A stretch of DNA of 63,922 bases, the filler included, from Candidatus Woesearchaeota archaeon CG1_02_57_44 (GTDB taxonomy: Archaea; Nanobdellota; Nanobdellia; Woesearchaeales; CG1-02-57-44): the NCBI GenBank assembly GCA_001871415.1. It is 3 parts of 3 records of this genome, joined end to end, with 100 filler letters (N's around TTAATTAATTAA, not from the genome) between each part and the next. Parts side by side here need not be neighbours in the genome. Positions count along the whole stretch, not along the records: positions 1 to 23,061 come from MNWW01000073.1; positions 23,162 to 44,039 come from MNWW01000004.1; 1 more part is not named here. One strand, 5' to 3'. The notes below the pieces were generated by a model. It had not been told where the DNA came from, did not search any database, and saw only the letters and a program-made list of their open reading frames with translations. This document shows positions 17,177-25,895 of this stretch, piece after piece; the stretch's first letter is position 1, and every line of letters begins with the position of its first letter. Made by a program: the position numbers and the translations under genes.

Positions 17177-19401
17177 GTCCCTCCTGCTGCCTTGCGCGCC
17201 GCGATGATCTGCGGGATACCCCACCCTTCCGCCAGACGCGCTTCAAGCACAGCTTCAGGAACACCCTGAGGAAACTCCAATGCCTGCAACAACGCCAGCG
17301 TCCCTTGGCGATGCAGCATCTTCTGGACATGCGGTTCCCTGGCTGTTTCATACGCTCTTCGTCGCTGGGCTCTCAATGCTTCTGGCTCACCGTCAGGAGC
17401 ATGCTGCAATCTCCTGAGACGCTGATAGTCCCGATTGGTCGGGTTCTTCAGCATGTCATGCTCAAGCAGACTGAATCCAAGGCCGCGAAGGTAGATGGAA
17501 GTTGGATTCGGATGGTCATCAAGGAAATCCGGATCCTCCTGCGCAACCTTTACCAGCGAGTACAGGCGCAGATAATTCTGCCGGAAGACAGGATCCTGGT
17601 TGTCCAGCACATGCCTGAACCAACGACGCTTCCCTGCGTCCTGCCAACGCGCGGCGATATACGTATCCAGACTTCCCATGATATGCTCGGTGTCGATGTC
17701 AAGCACCTGATAGCGACCGCTTGCGCTGTCAAGCCCGAGAGGCCTCGTGGTGACGATCACCTTGCCGGGCATCCGCTGCATCGCGTCAAGAAGCAGCGCT
17801 TGGAATTCAGGCGATTCGTCCAGCCCGTCTATCATCGTGACGAGCTGATAGTCATCGCGCAAGGTCGCCGGCAAAGCATCCCACTTACCCGAAAGATGCG
17901 CAACCAGAGCCGCGGTGCTGATTCCCTGCCCGTGGCTCTCCAGATCCGCGCTCAGGTCTCGCGCGATGACGAGATTGGCGACGTATCCCGGACGGGCATT
18001 GACATCCCGTACGAGCTCTGTCATAAGGATGCTCTTGCCTGAGCCCATCTCAGCCTGGATGATCGTCGGCACGTTCTGGTCGAGGATGTCCTCGACAGAC
18101 ACCGGTCGCACATCATAGGTCCGCGCTCCTGATGGGACAAGCACCTGCTCCATGATGTGCCCCTCCGGCCGCTTACCATTGGCATTGCGCACCAGTTGAT
18201 CGTAGCTGAGATTCAGCAGTCTGGCCCGGGCCGATACTGTCCTCTCGGTATACTCGCCCAGCTGTCGCGGATCATTCGTGTAGCGCATATCCTCATCAGC
18301 AGCCACGTGGATGATCTCGCCGCGCACCTTGGGCTTGGGCCTGCGCATGATGTTGATGGTATGCTGGTCTTCCTGATGATACAGCCATGAGAGAGCAGCA
18401 TCGAGCGTTCCACTGGGGAGCACGATATCGACAACCCTTCCCTGTATCACGTCATGCAACGGGCCGGCGAGCAAATCCATGAACTCGTACGTGCGCATGG
18501 CCATCATGATGCGGTTCTCTGAGATGGGCAGGCCTTGCTCGTGTGCGGCGTACGCAGGATCTTTCATGCCAGCGAGCCGGGCTTCGGTCCGTTCGAAGTC
18601 ATGGATGGCATCTTGTTCACTCTTTCCTTTCTGCACGACGCGTCGTATGTATTCAGGCTTGAAGGCGTCCCATTGGGCCTGCAGAGCATCTCGTTCGACT
18701 CCCTCAGGAAACCAGCTGGGATGCCGCTCAGGCCAGAGCTCGGCGTCTCGCTGGTACATGGTGCGAAGCAGGGGCGTGGGTATGATGCCGCGCTCCACGC
18801 AGAGGCCAATCAAGGCGATGTAATAGGAATGATCAACCGTATGGTGCACCGCGATATCTCGCTGTACCTTGAGCGCCATCGCGTCTAGACGCTCTTGCAG
18901 GTCATGATCATCAGGAAAATACATGCACAGCGCATCATCCATGGTGCGCAGCGCGTCAGCGACGACAACAACATCTGGCGCGCGTGCCAGGTATGGTTTC
19001 ACTGCGTCTGGCGCCCTCTCCGGAGCCCCGTAGTGCTCGATGCCGGCTGCCTGCTGCTCAACCAACCTCTTGCCGGTCTCATCAAGCATCGAGCCCTGCA
19101 CGCCCGTGCGCAGGTGTGCGGCATTGGTGTCGGTCTGCGCATGCGTGCGGAAGGTCAGCCAGGTATGGATTCCTTCAGGAAGCTCATGTCGTGGCGAGGC
19201 ATAGTGTGCGCTTGTCATCAGTTGCTCTAGTCCCTGCGCGCCCAGCTGGTTGAGCTCAAAGAAGAAGCCGGCAGAATCCGGCATGATGACATTCCCTTGC
19301 TGACGGCAGGGGAAACGAAAGACATTGTGCTCATACTGGCGCAGCTGCTCCTGCACAACCGCGCTGTCAAGGACCGGTGCGTTATAGTGCTGGAAAGTCA
19401 T
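17173..19401 (-). CDS. NACHT/STAND NTPase with N-terminal degenerate histidine-phosphatase-like domain and no repeat sensor
   Basis: Walker A AEMGSGKS, Walker B VTMIDGLDE, sensor-1 VIVTTRP. N-terminal FRTHAQTDTN...MLDETG...ALRT...VLPSGTLDA parallels the His-phosphatase motif order. Confidence 0.8.
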   Translation of the reverse strand: MTFQHYNAPVLDSAVVQEQLRQYEHNVFRFPCRQQGNVIMPDSAGFFFELNQLGAQGLEQLMTSAHYASPRHELPEGIHTWLTFRTHAQTDTNAAHLRTGVQGSMLDETGKRLVEQQAAGIEHYGAPERAPDAVKPYLARAPDVVVVADALRTMDDALCMYFPDDHDLQERLDAMALKVQRDIAVHHTVDHSYYIALIGLCVERGIIPTPLLRTMYQRDAELWPERHPSWFPEGVERDALQAQWDAFKPEYIRRVVQKGKSEQDAIHDFERTEARLAGMKDPAYAAHEQGLPISENRIMMAMRTYEFMDLLAGPLHDVIQGRVVDIVLPSGTLDAALSWLYHQEDQHTINIMRRPKPKVRGEIIHVAADEDMRYTNDPRQLGEYTERTVSARARLLNLSYDQLVRNANGKRPEGHIMEQVLVPSGARTYDVRPVSVEDILDQNVPTIIQAEMGSGKSILMTELVRDVNARPGYVANLVIARDLSADLESHGQGISTAALVAHLSGKWDALPATLRDDYQLVTMIDGLDESPEFQALLLDAMQRMPGKVIVTTRPLGLDSASGRYQVLDIDTEHIMGSLDTYIAARWQDAGKRRWFRHVLDNQDPVFRQNYLRLYSLVKVAQEDPDFLDDHPNPTSIYLRGLGFSLLEHDMLKNPTNRDYQRLRRLQHAPDGEPEALRAQRRRAYETAREPHVQKMLHRQGTLALLQALEFPQGVPEAVLEARLAEGWGIPQIIAARKAAGGT

Positions 19402-19516
19402 GGGCAGTCTCCGTGTTGTTCATCGCGCCTCACCGGCACAGGTGTTGGTTCCAGCCGGCCCGATTCCGGATTCTGGCGGACTCCGACACCACCTGAAAGG
19501 GAGAAATAGCCCGCGG

Positions 19517-19525
19517 TTTATAAAA
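19517..19525 (-). promoter_or_regulatory. Putative TATA box for the NACHT/paralog operon
   Basis: TTTTATAAA on the minus strand in the 183-bp gap between the two NACHT genes. Confidence 0.5.
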
Positions 19526-19584
19526 GATGTAGCAGGTGAGTACGAAAGTAGTAGCGTCAGATCATGCCTGCGCCATCGCTCCTG

Positions 19585-22500
19585 TCACATCTGTTCTGGA
19601 CGCGCATCTGCGCTGAGGAATTCCGTATTATCCACTGGTTTCCAGAGTCCATCGTGCGCGCGGATGTCATACGCCATGAACAGGCTACGGGACGATTTGC
19701 CTGCTTCGATGGCCTGCTCCTCAAGGCCCATGAGTCTATAGGTCGTGCTTAGCTCGTGCTGTGTCCTCGCGGCGCCAAGGTAATTGTCTATCTGCTGCCA
19801 GATGCTGTCCGCGACCATCAGGTGATGTATCGCATGATCAAGCTTTCCCTGCGCACGCTGTGCCTTCGCGAGTTGCACATGGCAGTAGGCAGCGCGGCGA
19901 GGGAAGTAGACCTGCTGGCTCACGTTCAGGGCCAGGTGAGCAAGCTCTTCCGACTCTTCGAAGTCCCCCATGCGCTCGCTGATGCAGGACAACCCGAGGT
20001 AGCACTCGGCTACGCCGCGCAGGTAATGCTGCTCCTCGAGAACCGGGAGAGCGAAGGAATAGAGGCGTTCTGCTTCTCCAAGGTGCTGGAGGTCCGGTGA
20101 GTCATCCTTGGTCCTGCCCCAATTGTGCAGATGTATCTCTGCCAGCTGGATCTTGCATCGCGCCGCGTTACGATCATCGTCCTTGCTGCGGACAGAGCCA
20201 CGGCCATCACCTGAGAAGAACCCATGACATTCCTTGTAGATGTCCCATGCCGCGCGGGCACCATTGATGGCCTTGATGACCAGCGCGTATTCGAACAAGG
20301 CCAGGTAGTAGTCTGTCCCCCTCGTCTCGGAGAAGAGCTGCAGCGCTGTCTGGAAGTGGTCTGCTGCGAGCTGCTGCGAGTTGCAGAGCCGAAAGGACCT
20401 GCCCAGCTGGACGTGCGCCTGCGCCGCGAGCCATGGACGAACATCCTCTTGCTCGAGCACCTCGCTGAAGCTGGCAGCTGCCAGGCGATAGTGCTCGGTG
20501 TTGTAGTGGATGAGGCCAAGACGGTAGTAGGCGAGGTCTGGCGGCGCACTCTCCAGAACCAGGTCAGAGAGATAGCCGAAGCGGGATGCGGCACTGGTGC
20601 GCGGGGCGAACGATGCGATCGTCTTGATGGCGTACGCGCGCACCGTATCGAGCGGCATGATGTTCTCCAGCAGAGGTGCGAGAAGGTTGCGCACCAGGTC
20701 AAGCGACACCGCTGGCATCTCGGGAAGGCTCGCGACGAGCGGCTCGAATCGCTCCTGCTCGGCCAGGTCCAGGAGCAGCGATGCATCCCCTGTCAGGCCG
20801 ATATAATAGGGCATGGCAGACTCATGGGAGATAGTTCCCGGGTTGAGTGCGCGCTTCTCGGTGATGGCATGGCGGGCGAGCAGATAATCCTGCCAGCTCA
20901 GATGCAGGAAGCGTGGCCCTCGACGAGTGGTATGAATCAGACGTGATGACATGCCGGGAGGAACGCTCATATCACCGAGCGTGAAGTCCCAGGCGATGGC
21001 AGCGAGCCGGCGTTTCGTGGAGGAGACCTCTGCGTAGAGCTTGTTGGGGCTGAGCAACTGCCCTTTCTCGCTGAGGACATCCTCAAAGACCTGTGCTGTG
21101 AGCGCGCCTTCCATGACCAGCCCCTTGGTGATAGGGATCTCACCGCGGAACGCGCGCACCGCGATATGCCTGATGCTCTCCACATCGATGCAGCGCAGGA
21201 GCTGGAAGGGATCCTCATGCACCAGTTCGCTGAGCAACGCAAGGGTCTGGTAATGGCCGCTCACCGTGTAGTGGCAGGCGCTCAGGCGTCGTTGGATCTG
21301 ACCGGCCAGGGAGCATTCATCGGCAGGATCACCCGGAAAATGGCTTGTGACGAATGAACCGACGTTGCTTGAGATGCTACGCCGGTCGATGGAGTGAGCA
21401 GAGAAGCCAGGGACTGCATCAGGACGTTTATTGAGCTCAAAGGGCCTCGCGAATGCCACGACCTTGTGCCCCTCCGCGCAGATCTGCGATAGTCCTTCTC
21501 GCATCGGCTCCAGGAGGGGGGGACTGCAATCATGCAAATCATCGATAAGGAACAGGTAGCGCAGGTCCAAGGGCGCGCCGGGCGGCATCGTGCAGGACCA
21601 TCGAGCCTGGCCTGATGCGCGTCGCAGGAGATAGTCACGCATCCGGTCGCCGTCCTCAGGTATCCCGAAACGCAGCTCATCATTGAGCTCCTCGGCCGTG
21701 AGCGTGACCAGGGCGTATCCTTTTGTCTGTGGATACAGGCCCATCTCATGGTCGAGCACGATCTTGGTCCTCAGCCAGGTCTTTCCGGTTCCCGGATGCC
21801 CATAGATGAGGACAGGCACCTGCATGGCCAAAAGCTGCTCCAGGGCAATGCCTTGCCGTCCTGCCTCAGTGCCGACCACCTGAAGCGGGATCTCCGAGAA
21901 GAAATGGGCGCTGTAGCGGGCGTGTTCCTCAGAAGTGCGATCAGAGGGGAAGAGCGGCGAGTGCTGGACGCGCATATCCAGGGAGCGACGAAGGGCCCTG
22001 CGGGCATCATTGCCCGCGTTGGCTGTGAGACCCCGACCATACGCGGGATCATTGAGCCAGAGTAGTGCAGGATTCACCTTGCAGCAGACCCGCTCTCCTC
22101 TGTGGTCGGGCTTGTCGCGCATGCTGACCTGCGCGGCCTGCGGCGCCAGTCTATGACGGAAATATGAGAACGCCCCGTCCAAAAACCCGCTCGGGATGAT
22201 GAAGTGCACATCCTGGCCTTCCAGGGACGCCATGACCTGCGGGGACGAGAACATGCCAAGGACCTGATAAGCGCGATGGGCCATCAGGAATCTGTTCTCG
22301 CTCAGCACATGACCTTCGTGCTCCAGGGTGGTCATGATATCGCCAGAGGCCTTGATGTGCGATTCGATGATGCCATAGAGATCCTGCGCGTCACGCAAAG
22401 CCATGCCAGACTCCCTGCAGCCAGCGACATACCATTGCTTGAAGTTCTGCCATTTGCGCAATGATGCGTCACGCTCGTCTGACCCCTCCGGAAAGATGCT

Positions 22501-23061
22501 ATAGTGATGGACAGGCCAGAGTTCGCTGGGACCCCCGCAGACCGTGCGCAGTCCGGAGGTGACAAGGACATTCCGGTCAAGGCAGAGTCCGGCGAGGGAC
22601 ACATAGTCATCGAGGGATATCCGGCGATGAGCATCATGGTGCGCATCGATACGCAGGGCCATCTCGCGCAATTGGGCGCGAAGCTCCTCATCATGAGGAT
22701 GCGAGAGCAAGAGGGCATAGTGCATGGTGCGCAGCGAATCAGCCGCCATCAGCAGCGCAGGGCGTTGTTGCATGATGGCCGCCTCATGGAGCGCGTGCGC
22801 CTCGCCAGCTGTGTCGAGCATCGTGCCCTGAAGGCCGGTGCGCTCGCCCTTGGTGTTCGTGCGCGTCGGACCGTGGGTATAGAACACGAAATGGGAATGT
22901 ACATTGGGCTCAAGCTCTCGGGGTTCGGGGAGTTGCTCTTGCAGCGCATGCTCCAGCAGCTGACCCATCCAGTCCTTGCTCCTCTTGATGAGCTCAAAGA
23001 AGAAATCATGAGGGTCATACGTCGTTCCTTCGACAGGGAACCTGAAATCATTCCGGCGGAA
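19585..23061 (-). CDS. NLR-like protein: degenerate His-phosphatase-like domain + NACHT + TPR repeats (5' truncated at contig end)
   Basis: Walker A GHPGTGKT, atypical Walker B FLIDDLHD, NACHT winged-helix motif FLHLSWQDYL and TPR-like tail (AYYRLGLIHY, AHVQLGRSF, AECYLGLS, ARTQHELS). The frame stays open upstream of 22968 to the gap and still aligns with the paralog (NDFRFP...DFFFEL). Confidence 0.85.
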   Translation of the reverse strand, partial: FRRNDFRFPVEGTTYDPHDFFFELIKRSKDWMGQLLEHALQEQLPEPRELEPNVHSHFVFYTHGPTRTNTKGERTGLQGTMLDTAGEAHALHEAAIMQQRPALLMAADSLRTMHYALLLSHPHDEELRAQLREMALRIDAHHDAHRRISLDDYVSLAGLCLDRNVLVTSGLRTVCGGPSELWPVHHYSIFPEGSDERDASLRKWQNFKQWYVAGCRESGMALRDAQDLYGIIESHIKASGDIMTTLEHEGHVLSENRFLMAHRAYQVLGMFSSPQVMASLEGQDVHFIIPSGFLDGAFSYFRHRLAPQAAQVSMRDKPDHRGERVCCKVNPALLWLNDPAYGRGLTANAGNDARRALRRSLDMRVQHSPLFPSDRTSEEHARYSAHFFSEIPLQVVGTEAGRQGIALEQLLAMQVPVLIYGHPGTGKTWLRTKIVLDHEMGLYPQTKGYALVTLTAEELNDELRFGIPEDGDRMRDYLLRRASGQARWSCTMPPGAPLDLRYLFLIDDLHDCSPPLLEPMREGLSQICAEGHKVVAFARPFELNKRPDAVPGFSAHSIDRRSISSNVGSFVTSHFPGDPADECSLAGQIQRRLSACHYTVSGHYQTLALLSELVHEDPFQLLRCIDVESIRHIAVRAFRGEIPITKGLVMEGALTAQVFEDVLSEKGQLLSPNKLYAEVSSTKRRLAAIAWDFTLGDMSVPPGMSSRLIHTTRRGPRFLHLSWQDYLLARHAITEKRALNPGTISHESAMPYYIGLTGDASLLLDLAEQERFEPLVASLPEMPAVSLDLVRNLLAPLLENIMPLDTVRAYAIKTIASFAPRTSAASRFGYLSDLVLESAPPDLAYYRLGLIHYNTEHYRLAAASFSEVLEQEDVRPWLAAQAHVQLGRSFRLCNSQQLAADHFQTALQLFSETRGTDYYLALFEYALVIKAINGARAAWDIYKECHGFFSGDGRGSVRSKDDDRNAARCKIQLAEIHLHNWGRTKDDSPDLQHLGEAERLYSFALPVLEEQHYLRGVAECYLGLSCISERMGDFEESEELAHLALNVSQQVYFPRRAAYCHVQLAKAQRAQGKLDHAIHHLMVADSIWQQIDNYLGAARTQHELSTTYRLMGLEEQAIEAGKSSRSLFMAYDIRAHDGLWKPVDNTEFLSADARPEQM

Positions 23062-23161
23062 NNNNNNNNNNNNNNNNNNNNNNNNNNNNNNNNNNNNNNN
23101 NNNNNTTAATTAATTAANNNNNNNNNNNNNNNNNNNNNNNNNNNNNNNNNNNNNNNNNNNN
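23062..23161. other. Artificial contig linker (N44-TTAATTAATTAA-N44)
   Basis: Six-frame-stop 12-mer flanked by Ns; an identical structure occurs at 44040-44139. Confidence 0.97.
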
Positions 23162-23423
23162 AGGAGAACGAAAGCGGATAAGGACGCAACCATCAGAAGA
23201 ACATCGCGCCCATGAGCATGGAACAAAGGAATTCGGGGAAGGCGAAGCGTGTCCGGAATACAGGCGCACACGCTTATCTTGCAGCGTCGCCCCACCAGAC
23301 CCCATGCAAAAGGATTATGTACCTCAAGCACCAAAATCCCTTTCGTCGCGGTGCAACAACAGGCAACTTCGCTCAGAACCCTCTAGAAGAATAAAAACAA
23401 AAAACAGAATATTTATCAGCAAA

Positions 23424-23467
23424 TTTTGCATAAAATATGCAAAAATAGGCAATAAATATATATATAC
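23424..23467 (+). promoter_or_regulatory. Palindromic operator-like site plus TATA box upstream of the AAA ATPase
   Basis: TTTTGCATA-AAA-TATGCAAAA (23424-23444), then AATAAATATATATA about 25 nt before ATG 23487. Confidence 0.6.
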
Positions 23468-23486
23468 GATTGCCTTCCGTGCCCCT

Positions 23487-24725
23487 ATGCTCCAGACAAT
23501 AAGCATCGAGAACTTCCTATCCATACGAGACAAGCTCACGCTCAGCCTTGAGGCCAGCGCCAGCAAGAAGAACCTGCAGAACACCATAGCCCTGCCCAAG
23601 AAGGATCGGCTGCTCAGGAGCGTCGCGCTCTACGGCGCCAATGCCTCAGGAAAATCCAACATCATCAAAGCGACGCTATTCATCTGGGACATGGTGAAGA
23701 ACTCGCATGCCTTCAATATCGACAGTACCATCCCAAGGACGCCATACAAACTCGACGAGGCATGGGCGGGCAAACTCAGCAGATTCGAGCTGACATTCTA
23801 TCATAAGAGGATACGGTACAGATACGGATTCTCCTGTGATGACAAGAAAATAATCGATGAATACCTCTACCATTGGCCAAAGGGCAGGGAAGCACTCATC
23901 TTCAAACGGAGCTCAACCACGGACTTCACCTTCATCAAAGACAAGCGCCAACAACAGCTCATCAAGAAGAGGCTCACCCCCAATGTCCTCTATCTTTCCA
24001 GAGCGACCGCCCTGGGCCTGAAGGCCACTGCGCCCGCCTATGCATTCATAACCGACAACCTCGTCATCAACTATTCTCCGACATGGTTCGTCTACACCGC
24101 GCAGAAAATCAAGGAAGATCCTGCACTCAAGACCAGGGTCCTGGGCATCCTGGCCAAGGCAGACTTCGGAGGCATCCAGGACATCATGGTGAGTACGGAG
24201 AAGAAGAAGGTCGATGGCGTGGAATTCAGGATAGAGAAGCAGAGGAAGATATTCAACCATCTTGTCCAGGAAGAAAGGGAATTCAACGAGTTGAAGACCA
24301 TACACACCACAGCCAAAGGCAAACACCTCACCTTCAGTCTCAAGGAGGAGTCGGAGGGGACCCAGAAGATAATCTCCCTGCTCGGACCCCTCTTTGACGC
24401 CTTGGACAATGGAAAAGTCGCCATCATCGACGAGCTGGAATCGAGCCTGCACCCCAACCTCACCAGGTCGCTCATCCGGCTCTTCAACAGCAGAAAGAAC
24501 ACGAAAGGCGCCCAGCTCATCTTCACGACCCATAGCACGACGCTCCTTGACAACCGGCTCTTCAGGAGAGACCAGATCTATCTCTGCACCAAGGCGCCCA
24601 ACAAGCAGACACTGCTCAGATCATTCCTTGACTATGACCTCAGAGAGGACTCAGACTTCGAACGCGCATACCTGAACGGGCGGCTAGGAGGCGTGCCGAT
24701 AATAGACCAGACCCTCCTTGATTAA
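23487..24725 (+). CDS. AAA_21/RloA (AbiLi-like) ABC-type ATPase
   Basis: Motifs IENFLSI, Walker A YGANASGKSN, signature EESEGT, Walker B IIDELESSLHP, QLIFTTH and YLNGRLGGVP. Confidence 0.92.
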   Translation: MLQTISIENFLSIRDKLTLSLEASASKKNLQNTIALPKKDRLLRSVALYGANASGKSNIIKATLFIWDMVKNSHAFNIDSTIPRTPYKLDEAWAGKLSRFELTFYHKRIRYRYGFSCDDKKIIDEYLYHWPKGREALIFKRSSTTDFTFIKDKRQQQLIKKRLTPNVLYLSRATALGLKATAPAYAFITDNLVINYSPTWFVYTAQKIKEDPALKTRVLGILAKADFGGIQDIMVSTEKKKVDGVEFRIEKQRKIFNHLVQEEREFNELKTIHTTAKGKHLTFSLKEESEGTQKIISLLGPLFDALDNGKVAIIDELESSLHPNLTRSLIRLFNSRKNTKGAQLIFTTHSTTLLDNRLFRRDQIYLCTKAPNKQTLLRSFLDYDLREDSDFERAYLNGRLGGVPIIDQTLLD

Positions 24726-24726
24726 G

Positions 24727-25329
24727 ATGGCACGGCAACGCGGCTACCTATCCACACGCACGGTCTGGATATTCTGCGAAGGAACGACAGAACGCCTTTA
24801 CTTCGAAAAGCATCGGGTCGCAGAGCGGCTCTCAAGGCTACGCATCGAGGTCCAGCGGAGCAGGCGAACGGACGTCGAAGGAATCATCCACTACGCAGTC
24901 AACTACAGGAAATCAAACAGCCGCGACTTCCAGAAGGACGATCTCGTCTTCTGCGTCTTTGACTGCGATCAGAGCACAGAAGAACAGCTGCAGCGCTGCG
25001 AAAAACTCGCGAAAGATAATGGCATCATCCCAATCTACTCGAACCCATCGTTCGAGTACTGGCTCCTCTGCCACTTCGGGTATCACCCAGACTACTACTC
25101 CCAGACGGCCCTGATGCAGAAACTCAGAGAGCACCTTCCCGGATACGAGAAGGTTGATCCCAACACCTACGATCATATCAAGGAACGGCAACACCAAGCC
25201 ATAGCCAATGCCGAAAAAATATTGCGAGCACACCGCGGGGCAGGAACGCATATCCTAAGTACGAAGTGCAACCCGGTGACGCTCGTGCACCAATTGATGG
25301 AAACGATACAAGAGCTGCCGAAAGGATAG
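24727..25329 (+). CDS. RloB-family (TOPRIM-like, AbiLii-like) protein
   Basis: Motifs IFCEGTTERLYF, FCVFDCD, SNPSFEYWLLCHF and NPVT; directly downstream of the AAA ATPase. Confidence 0.92.
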   Translation: MARQRGYLSTRTVWIFCEGTTERLYFEKHRVAERLSRLRIEVQRSRRTDVEGIIHYAVNYRKSNSRDFQKDDLVFCVFDCDQSTEEQLQRCEKLAKDNGIIPIYSNPSFEYWLLCHFGYHPDYYSQTALMQKLREHLPGYEKVDPNTYDHIKERQHQAIANAEKILRAHRGAGTHILSTKCNPVTLVHQLMETIQELPKG

Positions 25330-25775
25330 AGACCTGTCCTCACGTCCCCACCTCCATGCGGAGGCATCATCTATCCAGCAGAACCCGCCCACAAGAGGAA
25401 AGAAATACCATATCTCAGCGAAGAAGGTCCATGACACTAAGCGTCGCAACCTCGCTGAGAGTGCGTCATGCAGCACCCTCCTCGTATCAGCGAGCAGATG
25501 GAAGAGCACGCATGATATCATCCGCGGCGTCATGGTGACGACATAGTTGGGCTCGATGACGAGGCTATGGTCATCGTTGGCCGTCGACAGAAGGCATCTT
25601 TAGCGCGTCAAAACGCATTTTTGGTGAGCAACTCGTCGCGACGAGCGAAAAAGGCTTGCTGCAAGAAGCAACAAGCAAGATCTGGGCGTACCAACGAATC
25701 AAAAGATACGGCGAATCGTAGCGAGAGCTACGTCTCAATCTCAGGAGTTATGCAACACAGCATAAACAAATACAA

Positions 25776-25794
25776 AATTTCTACTATTGTAGAT
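25776..25794 (+). other. Solitary Cas12a (type V-A)-like repeat 3' handle; not an array
   Basis: AATTTCTACTATTGTAGAT (TCTAC-TATT-GTAGA stem) matches the Cas12a crRNA handle consensus. One copy only and no cas genes in the window. Confidence 0.55.
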
Positions 25795-25895
25795 ATCGCA
25801 ACCCTGCAAAAAGATGCACACTTGCACTGGAAAAGGCCGCACAGGAACGGATGATGCAACACTGCTATGCAAGGAGTGCTGACGACTCCGCTCCA

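Noticed and set aside
23062..23161. TTAATTAATTAA palindrome between N runs (also at 44040-44139)
   Set aside because: It is an artificial six-frame-stop contig linker, not biology.
19585..25329. Treating the NACHT locus and RloA/RloB as one defence island
   Set aside because: They are separated by an artificial linker, so adjacency is unsupported.
25776..25870. Calling a CRISPR array, or self-targeting of 23295-23320 by the putative spacer
   Set aside because: There is only one repeat. The resemblance (CCCTGCAAAAAGAT vs CCATGCAAAAGGAT) is too short and low-complexity to support targeting.
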